A stretch of DNA of 64,000 nt from Eledone cirrhosa (taxonomy: Eukaryota), in NCBI GenBank assembly GCA_964016885.1, contig OZ024762.1:15748001-15812000 (forward strand). The letters run 5' to 3'. Below, in pieces: positions 1 to 15,460 of the stretch (the stretch's first letter is position 1; every line of letters begins with the position of its first letter). The notes beneath the pieces are model-generated. The model made no database searches, was not told where the DNA came from, and worked only from the letters and a program-made list of their open reading frames with translations. A program made the position numbers and the translations under genes.

Positions 1-229
1 TGCCCCAGTATGACCACAGTCTTATAGCCAATGCCCCAGCCTGGCCACAGTCCTATAGCCAGTGCCCCAGTATGACCACAGTCCTATAGCCAGTGCCCCA
101 GTATGACCACAGTCTTATAGCCAATGCCCCAGCCTGGCCACAGTCCTACAGCCAGTGCCCCAGCCTGGCCACAGTCCTAATCACTACACCCAGTCAACCA
201 CTAAAAGGTCAGTGCCCCAGCCTGGCCAG
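1..229. repeat. ~31-bp minisatellite (TGCCCCAGYMTGRCCACAGTCYTAYAGCCAR), truncated by the window start
   Basis: About 6 tandem copies plus a degenerate one. The unit resembles the GTGCCCCAGCATGGCCACAGTC 3' segment of octopus SINEs (recollection, not searched). Confidence 0.8.
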
Positions 230-359
230 TATCCCTCTCCTACTCTATATTCATTAAACTTATTACATACAATATTAACATTTTCTATCATATTTCATTA
301 AAGCCAGGCTTCTGCATAAATTTATTGACATTATTTCTTTTCTCTTTCTCTAGACATAT

Positions 360-2730
<2,371 letters not shown>

Positions 2731-2861
2731 AAAATTATGAGGAAGGAAGAGGAGGGGAACAGTGTCAAACAATCAAAATGATGGAAATTCTATGAGAAAA
2801 ATTGTTCTGGGACTCCACATGGAAGTTAATCTTTGGCTGGAATATTCACAGAAGAAGAGAT

Positions 2862-3850
2862 ATGATAAATTAGTTACATGATAAATTAGATTTATATGAT
2901 AAATTAGTTTTACAACATGATAAATTAGTTTTATATGATAAATTAGTTTTACAACATGATAAATTAGTTACATGATAAATTAGTTACAACATGATAAATT
3001 AGTTTTATATAATAAATTAGTTTAACAAGATGATAAATTAGTTACATGATAAATTAGTTTTATATAATAAATTAGTTTTACAACATGATAAATTAGTTAC
3101 AACATGATAAATTAGTTTTATATAATAAATTAGTTTTACAACATGATAAATTAGTTACAACATGATAAATTAGTTTTATATAATAAATTAGTTTAACAAG
3201 ATGATAAATTAGTTACAACATGATAAATTAGTTTTATATAATAAATTAGTTTTACAACATGATAAATTAGTTACAACATGATAAATTAGTTTTATATAAT
3301 AAATTAGTTTAACAAGATGATAAATTAGTTACAACATGATAAATTAGTTTTATATAATAAATTAGTTTTACAACATGATAAATTAGTTACAACATGATAA
3401 ATTAGTTTTATATAATAATTAGTTTTACAGCATGATAAATTAGTTACAACATGATAAATTAGTTTTACAAGATGATAAATTAGTTACAACATGATAAATT
3501 AGTTTTATATAATAAATTAGTTTAACAAGATGATAAATTAGTTACAACATGATAAATTACTTTTATATAATAAATTAGTTTTACAACATGATAAATTAGT
3601 TACAGCATGATAAATTAGTTTTATATGATAAATTAGTTTTACAACATGATAAATTAGTTACATGATAAATTAGTTTTACATGATAAATTAGTTACAACAT
3701 GATAAATTAGTTTTACATAATAAATTAGTTTTACATAATGAATTAGTTTTATATGATAAATTAGTTTTACATGATAAATTAGTTTTATATAATGAATTAG
3801 TTTTATAACATGATAAATTAGTTTTACATGATAAATTAGTTTTTTACAAA
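2862..3850. repeat. AT-rich minisatellite, core ATRATAAATTAGTT with variable short linker (unit ~17-22 bp, ~50 copies)
   Basis: Continuous tandem repetition of ATGATAAATTAGTT(TT)ACAAC / ATAATAAATTAGTTTTAT variants. Confidence 0.95.
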
Positions 3851-4534
3851 CTAATTTGACGATGATGACGGTGGTGATGATGATGGTGATGGTGATGATG
3901 ATGATGGTGATGACGGTGGAGATGATGGTGATGAGGATGACGGTGGAGATGATGATGGTGATGATGCGTTACAGGCAGTTCACCAGTCGGAGTACTCAAT
4001 ACAGTTCTAAAGGTGTGTCACTAATTACCATTCTGTGCGACGCTCTACTGATTCTGCTGTCAATCCATGAAATTTAGTTTTGTAAAATAAATTAGACAAC
4101 AAATTCGTTTTTCTCAGAACAAATTCCACAATAATTCTACATTTCTACAAAGATCAATAAATCAATAGACCAAACCAATCAATCATATAAATCAATATAT
4201 CAATATATATAATCTGTTCAATATTTAATTTAACATATGGTGGTGATGGTGGGGGGGGGGGGTGATGGTGCTGATGGAGGTGGTGGAGGGTAGTGGTGAT
4301 GGGAAGAAGGTGGTAGTGGTGTTGGTGGTGGTGGGGTGGTGATGATGATGATGATGATGGAGGTGGTGGCAGTGGCAGCAATGGTGGTGGTTGTGATGAT
4401 GATGGTGATATTTAAGGCTTATTTTGACATTTTTTACAAATTCCACAACATAATAGGTTTATTAATAAACACCCCCCACACACCACACCACCCCCCCGCA
4501 ATAAAAATGATAAAAGAATACGGATAAAAACAAG

Positions 4535-5598
4535 ACACACACACATACACACACACATATAGACATACACACACACATATATAGACATACACACACATAT
4601 ATATACATACACATACATATATATATATACATACACACACACATATATAGACATACACACACACATATATAGACATAAACACACACATATATAGACATAC
4701 ACACACACATATATATACATACACACACACATATATAGACACCGACACACATATATAGGCATACACACACACATATATAGACATAAACACATACATATAT
4801 AGACATAAACACACATATATATATATATATGTGTACGCACACAGGCAGACAGACAGACAGACAGACAGACAGACACAGACAGACACAGACAGATACACAC
4901 ACACACAGACAGACACAGACAGACTGATACACACACAGACAGATACACACAGACATACACAGACAGATACACACACAGACATACACAGACAGATACACAC
5001 ACAGACAGACACAGACAGACAGACAGATACACACACAGACATACACAGACAGACAGATACACACACAGACAGACACAGACAGACAGATACACACACAGAC
5101 AGACACAGACAGACAGATACACACATAGACATACACACACAGACATACACAGACAGATACACACACAGACAGACACAGACAGATACACACACAGACAGAC
5201 ACAGACAGACAGACAGATACACACACAGACAGACATACACAGACAGACAGATACACACACAGACAGACACAGACAGACAGATACACACACAGACAGACAC
5301 AGACAGACAGACAGATACACACACAGACAGACATACACAGACAGATACACACACAGACAGACATACACAGACAGACAGACAGATACACACACAGACAGAC
5401 AGACAGATACACACACAGACAGACATACACAGACAGACAGATACACACACAGACACACAGACAGACAGATACACACACAGACAGATACACACACAGACAG
5501 ACACAGACAGACAGACAGATACACACACAGACAGACACAGACAGACATACACAGACAGACAGAGAAACACACAGACAGACACAGAGAGACAGAGAGAC

Positions 5599-5665
<67 letters not shown>

Positions 5666-5686
5666 CAGACAGACAGACAGACAGAC
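4535..5686. repeat. (CA)n/(TA)n then (CAGA)n/(CACAGA)n compound microsatellite
   Basis: Directly visible. Confidence 0.95.
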
Positions 5687-5799
5687 AATGGTATTTCTGT
5701 GAGAAATATAGGAAAATATAATTGAAATTTCCGATTATCTAAATAGAATTTCAATTGGAGGAAAGCAATTGTGTTTCCTGGTATTTCTGTTAAATAACT

Positions 5800-6995
5800 C
5801 CACCACCACCACCATCCTTTACCCCCACCACCACCATCCACCACCACCACCATCCACCACCACCACCATCCTTTACCATCCACCACCATCCTCCACCATC
5901 CTTTACCCCCACCACCACCATCACCACCACCATCCACCACCACCACCATCCACCACCACCATCCTTTACCATCCACCACCATCCTCCACCATCCTTTACC
6001 CCCACCACCACCATCACCACCACCATCCACCACCACCACCATCCACCACCACCATCCTTTACCATCCACCACCATCCTCCATCATCCACCACCACCACCA
6101 TCCTCTACCATCCACCACTACCACCACCATCCTTTACCATCCACCACCATCCTCTACCATCCTCCATCATCCACCACCACCACCATCCTCTACCATCCAC
6201 CACCACCACCATCCTTTACCATCCACCACCACCACCAACCTCTACCAACTACAACCACCACCACCATCGTCTACCATCCATCACCACCACCATCAAACAC
6301 CCGTCACCACCCTCTCCTAACTCTCCTCCACCCCACTCCTTTTAATAATCTTTTATTTCTCTAATTCATATTGTTGTTGTTATTGTTGCTGGTGGTGGTG
6401 GAGGTGGTGGCGGTGTTGTTGGTGGTGGAGGTGGAGGCGGAGGTGGTGGTGGTGGTGTTGTTGGTGGTGGTGGTGGTGGAGGCGGAGGTGTTGTTGATGG
6501 TGGAGGTGGAGGTGTTGTTGGTGGAGGTGGTGGTGGTGGTGTTGTTGGTGGAGGTGGTGGTGGTGTGTTGGTGGTGGTGGTGGTGTTGGTGGAGGTGGTG
6601 GTGGGGGTGGGGGTGGTTTTGTTGGTGGAGGTGGTGGTGGTTTTGTTGGTGGTGTTGGTGGTGGAGGTGGTGGTGGTGTTGGTGGTGTTGGTGGTGGTGG
6701 TGGTGGTTTTGTTGGTGGTGGAGGTGGTGGTGGTGTTGGTGGTGGTGTTGGTGGTGGTGGTGGTGTTGGTGGTGGAGGTGTTGGTGGTGTTGGTGGTGGT
6801 GTTGGTGGTGGTGGTTTTGTTGGTGGTGGTGTTGGTGGTGGTGGTGGTGGTGGTGTTGGTGGTGGAGGTGTTGGTAGTGGTGTTGATGTTGCTGCTGCTG
6901 CTATTGTTGTTGTTGTTATTGGTGGCAGTTGATGTTGTTGTTGTTGTTGTTGTTGTTGTTGGTGGCAGTTGATGTTGTTGTTGTTGTTGTTGTTA
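5800..6995. repeat. (CCA/CAT)n block followed by a (GGT/GTT)n block
   Basis: Directly visible. An ~84-bp higher-order duplication lies inside the CCA block. Confidence 0.9.
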
Positions 6996-7261
6996 TTTAA
7001 ATTTTATCACCATCTGTTTTCCTCTGTCAATTCTTTGTGTTATTTTCATTGTTAATTCCAAAGTAGAGAATGTCATTTTGTCTAACAACAACAACAACAA
7101 CAACAACATCAACAATAATAAATCCCATTTCTCTTCAAAATTAATGATATCATTTTTGTTACACACATCATATTTATGTTACACACCAGCTGTGTTGTCA
7201 TTACACACTTATAGGTTTTTATTACATATAACACATCTAAATATTACACATAAAACATATT

Positions 7262-7455
7262 TTTGTTTCCACGCTAGCATGGGTTGGACGAGTTGTCCCG
7301 TTGTGAGCAATGCCAGGTCAGGTGACCATGTCTTGCTCGTACAGAACTGATTCTGGCTTGGTTTCTACAGCTGGATGCCCTTCCTAAAGCCAACCTCATT
7401 TACAGTGAGTACGGGGTGCTTTTTGTCGTGTCACCATCACAACCACCTTACAGTA
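7262..7455 (-). mobile_element. SINE 3' fragment with RTE-like tail
   Basis: CTGGATGCCCTTCCTAA..CCAACC..TTTACAGTG core and GCTAGCATGGGTTGGACG tail are shared with copies at 18191-18440 and 37981-38377. Confidence 0.75.
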
Positions 7456-7602
7456 TGGGCTGAGGGTTTCACTGGATGTATACTTCGGATATATATATAT
7501 GTATATACATATATATATATACATATATATATATGTGTATATGTATATACACATATATATACACATATATATATACATATATATATGTATATGTATATAC
7601 AC

Positions 7603-7641
<39 letters not shown>

Positions 7642-7781
7642 CATATACATACACACATGTATATATATACATACATATACATACACACATGTATATATAT
7701 ATATATATGTATATACACACATATATACATATATAATATGTATATATATATAAATACATATTTATAAATACACACACACAT

Positions 7782-7823
<42 letters not shown>

Positions 7824-8446
7824 CATATACATATACACATGTATATATATATATGTATATATGATCAGCTTGTCTCCACAGTTTTGCACTCAATAATATT
7901 GAAGCAAAATGTATTTTATATTGTAATAAACGAGGTAATTTTATTTTTTTTAATTATTTAATTTATTCATATTGTAGTTCAGTCTATTCTTTCCCTAATA
8001 TGTATTGTAGAAATGGAAGAATAGAGAATCCCCCTTCCACACACCCCACATATTTCTTCCCCACCTCTAAAAAAAAACAACAACAAATAAAATAAGGCTT
8101 TTCCTATAAAATGAAAAAAAAAAAAAAAAGAAAAAAAAACCGAAACGAATAAATAAAACTAGGAGAAAATAGAAAAAAGAACTCGACTAACCATTTGCTC
8201 CCTTACCCCCCCCCCAAAAAAAAAACTAACAACAAAAACTGTTCTTCTCGGAACCATAAACTTCCACTGCAATATATTTTATCCAGAGTAAGCAGGCATT
8301 TACCAGCGTTTGAAACTGCCTTTGGTTAAATTCTTTTGAAGGTATTTTAAAATCTAACAGAACAAAAGTGAAATGTAAAATGCTATTAATTTATTAAAAA
8401 AAATCTTTTATTTTATTTTAATATTTTTCTTTAAAAATATTTCAAC

Positions 8447-8497
<51 letters not shown>

Positions 8498-8700
8498 ATT
8501 TATATATATATATATTTGCTTGTTCTTGTTAGAATTTGTTAGAATTTGTTAGAATTTGTTAGAATTTCAAGAATTCCATGACCTCAGGAACTGAAACAAA
8601 AACAAGTATCAAAGCTACTGAACTAGTTTTAATTCTCAGTTAATTAGCTTACAATACAATATTTTCATTTAATGGGGAAAATTTTTCATAACTTTTTCTC

Positions 8701-8783
8701 CATTTTCCCCCACTTCCCTGCATTTCCCCCCACTTCCCTGCATTTCCCCCCACTTCCCTGCATTTCCCCCCACTTCCCTGCAT
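8701..8783. repeat. 20-bp tandem repeat CATTTCCCCCCACTTCCCTG x4
   Basis: Directly visible. Confidence 0.9.
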
Positions 8784-8908
8784 GGATCTCAAGGATTCTT
8801 CCTTGAAAACTAACAATCTTCAAGGATTCATATAAAACTGCCTGAAATTTACTGGATTAATTTATGTGAAAGTGTGTGTTTTGTTTGACAAATGTATGGT
8901 AAAGTGTT

Positions 8909-11365
8909 GTACTAGGAGCATAGTATCTACAGCCAGATGTTCTTCTTAACACCAACCACATTATACAGTGTACTAGGAGCATAGTATCTACAGCCAGATG
9001 TTCTTCTTAACACCAACCACATTATACAGTGTACTAGGAGCATAGTATCTACAGCCAGATGTTCTTCTTAACACCAACCACATTATACAGTGTACTAGGA
9101 GCATAGTATCTACAGCCAGATGTTCTTCTTAACACCAACCACATTATACAGTGTACTAGGAGCATAGTATCTACAGCCAGATGTTCTTCTTAACACGAAC
9201 CACATTATACAGTGTACTAGGAGCATAGTATCTACAGCCAGATGTTCTTCTTAACACCAACCACATTATACAGTGTACTAGGAGCATAGTATCTACAGCC
9301 AGATGTTCTTCTTAACACCAACCACATTATACAGTGTACTAGGAGCATAGTATCTACAGCCAGATGTTCTTCTTAACACGAACCACATTATACAGTGTAC
9401 TAGGAGCATAGTATCTACAGCCAGATGTTCTTCTTAACACCAACCACATTATACAGTGTACTAGGAGCATAGTATCTACAGCCAGATGTTCTTCTTAACA
9501 CCAACCACATTATACAGTGTACTAGGAGCATAGTATCTACAGCCAGATGTTCTTCTTAACACCAACCACATTATACAGTGTACTAGGAGCATAGTATCTA
9601 CAGCCAGATGTTCTTCTTAACACCAACCACATTATACAGTGTACTAGGAGCATAGTATCTACAGCCAGATGTTCTTCTTAACACCAACCACATTATACAG
9701 TGTACTAGGAGCATAGTATCTACAGCCAGATGTTCTTCTTAACACCAACCACATTATACAGTGTACTAGGAGCATAGTATCTACAGCCAGATGTTCTTCT
9801 TAACACCAACCACATTATACAGTGTACTAGGAGCATAGTATCTACAGCCAGATGTTCTTCTTAACACCAACCACATTATACAGTGTACTAGGAGAATAGT
9901 TTCTATGGCAGAATGCCCTTCTTAACACCAACCACATTATACAGTGTACTAGGATAAAAGTTTCTATGGCAGGATGCCCTTCTTAACACCAACCACATTA
10001 TACAGTGTACTAGGATAAAAGTTTCTATGGCAGAATCCCCTTCCTAACACCAACCACATTATACAGTGTACTAGGATAAAAGTTTCTATGGCAGAATCCC
10101 CTTCCTAACACCAACCACATTATACAGTGTACTAGGAGAATAGTTTCTATGGCAGGATGCCCTTCTTAACACCAACCACATTATACAGTGTACTAGGATA
10201 AAAGTTTCTATGGCAGGATGCCCTTCTTAACACCAACCACATTATACAGTGTACTAGGATAAAAGTTTCTATGGCAGGATGCCCTTCTTAACACCAACCA
10301 CTTTATACAATGTACTAGGATAACAGTTTCTATGGCAGAATCCCCTTCTTAACACCAACCACATTATACAGTGTACTAGGAGAATAGTTTCTATGGCAGG
10401 ATGCCCTTCTTAACACCAACCACATTATACAGTGTACTAGGAGAATAGTTTCTATGGCAGGATGCCCTTCTTAACACCAACCACATTATACAGTGTACTA
10501 GGATAATAGTTTCTATGGCAGGATGCCCTTCCTAACACCAACCACATTATACAGTGTACTAGGAGAATAGTTTCTATGGCAGGATGCCCTTCTTAACACC
10601 AACCACATTATACAGTGTACTAGGATAAAAGTTTCTATGGCAGGATGCCCTTCTTAACACCAACCACATTATACAGTGTACTAGGAGAATAGTTTCTGTG
10701 GCAGAATGCCCTTCTTAACACCAACCACATTATACAGTGTACTAGGATAATAGTTTCTATGGCAGGATGCCCTTCTTAACACCAACCACTTTATACAGTG
10801 TACTAGGATAATAGTTTCTATGGCAGGATGCCCTTCTTAACACCAACCACATTATACAGTGTACTAGGATAATAGTTTCTATGGCAGGATGCCCTTCTTA
10901 ACACCAACCACATTATACAGTGTACTAGGATAAAAGTTTCTATGGCAGGATGCCCTTCTTAACACCAACCACATTATACAGTGTACTAGGAGAATAGTTT
11001 CTATGGCAGGATGCCCTTCTTAACACCAACCACTTTATACAGTGTACTAGGATAATAGTTTCTATGGCACAATGCCCTTCCTAACACCAACCACATTATA
11101 CAGCATACTGGGACCATGGTTTCTATGGCTGGATGCCCTTCTTAACACTAACTACTTTACAGAGTGTACTGGGAGCATGGTTTCTAAGACTGGATACCAT
11201 TCCTAATACCAACCACTTTACTGAGTGTCTTGGGAGCCTTTTTACCGTGTCTCCTATCTTTCTAGGCTGGATACCATTCCTAACACCAAAGACATTACAG
11301 AGTGTACTGGGAGCATGCTTTCTATGACAGGATATCATTCTTAACACCAACCACTTTACAGTATG
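8909..11365. repeat. 61-bp SINE-derived minisatellite (~36 copies, two variant sub-arrays) grading into degenerate SINE-like units
   Basis: Period is 61 (GTACTAGG at 8909, 8970, ...). Unit segment TTTCTATGGCAGGATGCCCTTCTTAACACCAACCAC matches the SINE segment at ~18320-18365. Confidence 0.95.
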
Positions 11366-11571
11366 TATTATATATATTATTTCTACACACACAGACACAT
11401 ATTTATATAATAATATTTGCTATTTCTGCTCAGTTAGTCTGTCACCCAGTATCGTCATGGTACTGTTTCAAAGCTGTTTTTTTACTAGTAAAGAGTACGT
11501 ACATGGGGGGTAACACACTGTTGCTTCTTTTCACAAGTGTGTGTATATATGTGTGTATGTATATATAAGAC

Positions 11572-11785
11572 GATCGACTTTCGTCAAATCGGACCAAGGA
11601 AACAATGTTTCCGTTGGTCTTTCCAATTGCTAATACTCTCTATCGGTTGCAACTCCAGGTAGAAGGAGCAACATGAAATAAAGTGTCTTGCTCAAGGACA
11701 TAACGCATCGCCTGGTCCGTGAATCAAACTCTCAACCTCACAATTGCGAATCCAATTCTTTAACCACTCAGCCACACGCCTTCAC
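11572..11785 (-). mobile_element. tRNA-derived SINE, family A
   Basis: Minus-strand head GTGAAGGCGTGTGGCTGAGTGG (A box), B-box-like GTTTGATTC, and core GTCCTTGAGCAAGACACTTTATTTC. A second copy is at 19599-19857. Confidence 0.85.
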
Positions 11786-11791
11786 TATATA

Positions 11792-11827
<36 letters not shown>

Positions 11828-11829
11828 TG

Positions 11830-11860
<31 letters not shown>

Positions 11861-11861
11861 T

Positions 11862-12473
11862 GTCAGGTCACCAGTTGGTGCTACTGGTAACATGTATTCC
11901 AGTATCACCTGTCCCATGGTCGGGTCGTTGGCGACTAAACTGGCAACCCCACCAAGGTTTCTTGGTGAGGAGGGTGACTTTGGACATCCTGCAGGACTAA
12001 AAACAAAACCTGTCAAAGGGCAAAGGAGCTCTTAAGAGTCGATGGCCATCCAAAATCACCAGGAGAGATGACCCCTTAGCCTTTGTCAAGACAGAATTCT
12101 AGGAGAAGGAAAACTCTGATATAATACCTGCAACCCTGATGGTATCCAATGATGTTAACTTGTTCTTCTTTTTGGTAAATATCATCTTGGTTAAGAGAGT
12201 GGGACTGGCTTTGTGCAGTGCCTTTGCTCACTATAAAAGCTTCACGGCACAGGCATTGCTTTATATCTGGAGATCTCTCTGCACTTGTCGTCACATGGTA
12301 ACATGGGCCCAGCACTATGTGTCAATAATTGTCACAAGTGTAGTGTTTGTACCAGAGTTTTCAAATCGCTGGCTGGACTAAAAAGTCACACTCGTTCAGC
12401 GCATCGGTAGGGGTTCTCCTACATGGATATAAAGTAGTGGCCGTACTCGAAAACGAGTTGGCAGCCACCACCA
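11862..12473 (+). mobile_element. Internally deleted RTE-clade LINE derivative with C-terminal C2H2 finger, in (TATG)n
   Basis: 12330-12410 translates CHKCSVCTRVFKSLAGLKSHTRSAHR*, a CxxC..H..H motif like the C-terminus of RTE/BovB-type ORF2. A short 3' UTR follows, and (TATG)n flanks both sides. Confidence 0.65.
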
Positions 12474-12496
12474 TGTATGTATGTATGTATGTATGT

Positions 12497-12562
<66 letters not shown>

Positions 12563-12569
<7 letters not shown>

Positions 12570-12857
12570 GGGAAGTATGGTTCTATACAAAACAGTGGAT
12601 ATAGAGAAAAGGTGAAGTTGGAAATAGCATGGAAGATATATTTTAGGGTTTGTTTTTCTTTTTTTTTTATCCTTTCTTTGATTCGTCAAAGTGACATTAT
12701 TGAAAAGATGTCATTTTTTCAATAATGTCACTTTGATGAATACAAGAATTCATCATTTTACGTCTGCTTTTCCCTGCTTGCAAGGGTGGGACAAGGATAA
12801 AAGAAAAGAAAAACAGACACTAAAATATATTTTCCATGCTATTTCCAACTTCACCTT

Positions 12858-12862
<5 letters not shown>
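12563..12862. mobile_element. Fold-back insertion in (TA)n (probable PLE remnant) interrupted by a SINE/RTE tail fragment
   Basis: Arms are 12605-12710 and 12712-12861, centred at 12711. The right arm is split by a ~43-bp insert (12749-12791) matching the SINE tail. Unique tail is 12563-12604. Confidence 0.7.
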
Positions 12863-12889
<27 letters not shown>

Positions 12890-12930
12890 GATATATTAAC
12901 AAATGGAAACTATATTTATAAAACCATATT

Positions 12931-12995
12931 TATTTCATTATACATATTTCAAGGACACCAAGTTAAATTATGGTGTACTTTCATCAGATAAAATA
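12931..12995 (-). ncRNA. Type I hammerhead ribozyme (minimal, PLE-type)
   Basis: Minus strand: TATTTTAT-CTGATGA-AAG.ACACCA/TGGTGT.CTT-GAAA-TATGTA-TA-ATGAAATA. Stem I is 8 bp with one G-U, and stem III is near-palindromic. Confidence 0.8.
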
Positions 12996-14573
12996 TAATA
13001 TAGATCAGTTTTATAAATAAATATTGACATACCCTTAAAGAATGCGAACATTTCTGTTGGAAGCTCCCGGATAGTGGGGTTATAAATTTATTTATACTAT
13101 TATGCAAATTAATGTCGGATATTTTTAAATCACAGTAGATTTAAAATAAGCCGTTGGGGTTTGGAGAGAGGGAAAGAGAAAAAAGAAAAAAGAAAAAAGA
13201 AAAAAGAAAAAAAAAAAGAAAAAAGAAAGAAAGAAAAAAGCAGCTTTAACAGGAAAATAAGAAAACGAGAAAAAAAGAAAGAGAGAAAGAGAAGGAGAAA
13301 GCGAAAGAGAAAGAGAAAGCCCTAAGTGATAGGTTGTTGTATTAGCATAACTTTTAAGATGAAGTGAAAAAATAAATATTTTTGGATGAGTAAAGTAAAT
13401 AAGTAAATAAGCATGAATGGAAAATGAATTTTAACCAGTGTTTAAATATGATTAAATGTTTAGTTTATCAATTAAATTATCCATCAAATTATTGAGATCT
13501 ATACATTAAAAGTTGAGACCTATATATTATTAAAAAATCTATATATTATTAAAACCCATATATTATTAAAAGAATATATTCATATATATACGTACGCACA
13601 CATACATACACATACATATAAATATATATATATATATATATACCTACACATACCATACATATAGATAAAGGATTTTTTATGTATAAGATATAGGAATTTT
13701 CTTAAACTTATATATTTTTCTGAGAAACCAGAGAAAAAACCCGGAGAAAAACATTTCTATGTAATAGCAAAACAGCGTGAAGGAAATTAAGTTATTTATC
13801 TATATTAAATGTTATAAATGTCAAGATAACAAAGGAAATTTAAGATTACAGAAATCTTATGTTATAATACAAATCTTATATTATAAATTTTATATTTAGT
13901 AAATCCACCTGTTATGTAGTTGTGACTGTTATTATATAAGTTTGTTTATCACAAACCTTAAGGAAACCCTTATAATCTAGTGCATTTGAATGTATGCATA
14001 CATATATATATATACACACAACTCGCACATATATACACATAGACATAGATACACATACAGGTAGATGTGCATCATATATATATAGAGAGAGAGAGAAATG
14101 TACAGTACATAGTATAATTGAAGTACATAATATATAAAAAAATAAGATAAAAATGAATTATATTACGATTTGGAAATATATTCTTACAATTATAAGCAAT
14201 ATAACTTAAAAGCAATATAATTTTAAAAAATTACAGAATATCTTAAGATATAATTTTAAAATAAGAATATGTATAAAATTTAAATTTTTTATACAATATT
14301 TAACTCTCAGTATGTTTAACTTAATTTTATAACTATATGGGAAATTTTCAAAGAAAAAGAAAGAGAAACTTTAAAGAGAAACTTTAAAGAGAAACTTTCA
14401 AAAATAGGAGAAACCTTTCAAAGAAAATATTTTCTCCTTTTAAGAGCTTTCGGTATGTTTATCTAGAAAAATTTACGAGGAAAAAATTTTTATATTTGAG
14501 AGTTTAAACAGTCAAATGAAGGAATCTAATGATTTATCGATAGGTTCAATATATTAATAGAATTAATTATAAA

Positions 14574-14894
14574 TTACATTTTAAATTTATATTTAAACGT
14601 TGAGTTCAATCTATGTCTGCAGCAACTGAATAGATTGCTTCTTACATTTAGGGAATTTTTGCTTTTTAATATAAAGAATATTTCCTCTATACAAAGATCA
14701 CAATTTTCTGAAGAGGAATTAAAAGGAGTAGTTTTTGAAATAATATTCCAAAGTAACGAATATTTAACGTTCTTTAATTTGAGGTCCCATAATAAGCTAG
14801 ATAGAGAAGTTGAAGATTTTTTGTTTAAATGCGTAAAAGAGCTTTTATGGTTATTAAAACGAGATTTAAAATCTGTGGAAGTAGATCCTACATA
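14574..14894 (-). pseudogene. 5'-truncated GIY-YIG endonuclease domain of a Penelope-like element
   Basis: Manual translation gives 106 aa without a stop: YVGSTSTDFKSRFNNHKSSFTHLNKKSSTSLSSLLWDLKLKNVKYSLLWNIISKTTPFNSSSENCDLCIEEIFFILKSKNSLNVRSNLFSCCRHRLNSTFKYKFKM*. It has the YIG-like YVG.T, catalytic R, H, E and LN, plus CxxC..CRH. Confidence 0.9.
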
Positions 14895-15048
14895 ATTAAA
14901 TGAATCTACTGTGATTTAAAAATATCCGACACTAATTTGCATAATAGTATAAATAAATTTATAACCCCACTATCCGGGAGCTTCCAATAGAAATGGTCGC
15001 ATTCTTTAAGGGTATGTCAATATTTATTTATAAAACTGATCTATATTA

Positions 15049-15113
15049 TATGTTATCTGATGAAAGCGCACCATAATTTAACTTGGTATCCTTGAAATAT
15101 GTATAATGAAATA
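15049..15113 (+). ncRNA. Type I hammerhead ribozyme (inverted pLTR copy, stems partly decayed)
   Basis: TATGTTAT-CTGATGA-AAGCGCACCA..TGGTATCCTT-GAAA-TATGTA-TA-ATGAAATA. Confidence 0.7.
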
Positions 15114-15242
15114 AATATGGTTTTATAAATATAGTTTCCATTTAATATATCGTATTTTTACTCCAATAATTTGTTGAGTGCTTTATATCAGTTATAAAAA
15201 TATTTGCTTGTTGTGTCCCAACAATTTAAATAGAACTTCTAC

Positions 15243-15277
<35 letters not shown>

Positions 15278-15460
15278 ACTTGGAATACCCTTATTTTCTG
15301 TATCCTTTGTGATCCTGTCTCTATTTTTGTACTCCTGAAGAAGGGCTAAAGTCCAACATGTCAAACTTTCTTTCCTCTTTTCCATATAAAGCATGAAACT
15401 ACTAAGACTTTTGTACCTCTGTTTGTCGTTTGCTTCAACTATATATATATATATATATAA

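Larger units (their letters stand above)
12886..15243 (-). mobile_element. Truncated Penelope-like retroelement with inverted pseudo-LTRs
   Basis: ~255-bp inverted repeats at 12886-13141 and 14903-15155, each containing a hammerhead. GIY-YIG remnant at 14574-14894; (TA)n on both flanks. Confidence 0.88.

Noticed and set aside
8909-11120. CRISPR array (also considered for the 56-, 66-, 72-, 77- and 35-bp arrays)
   Set aside because: The units are head-to-tail with no unique spacers, there are no cas genes, and the context is eukaryotic.
14635-14895. 86-aa plus-strand ORF
   Set aside because: It is the antisense shadow of the GIY-YIG frame.
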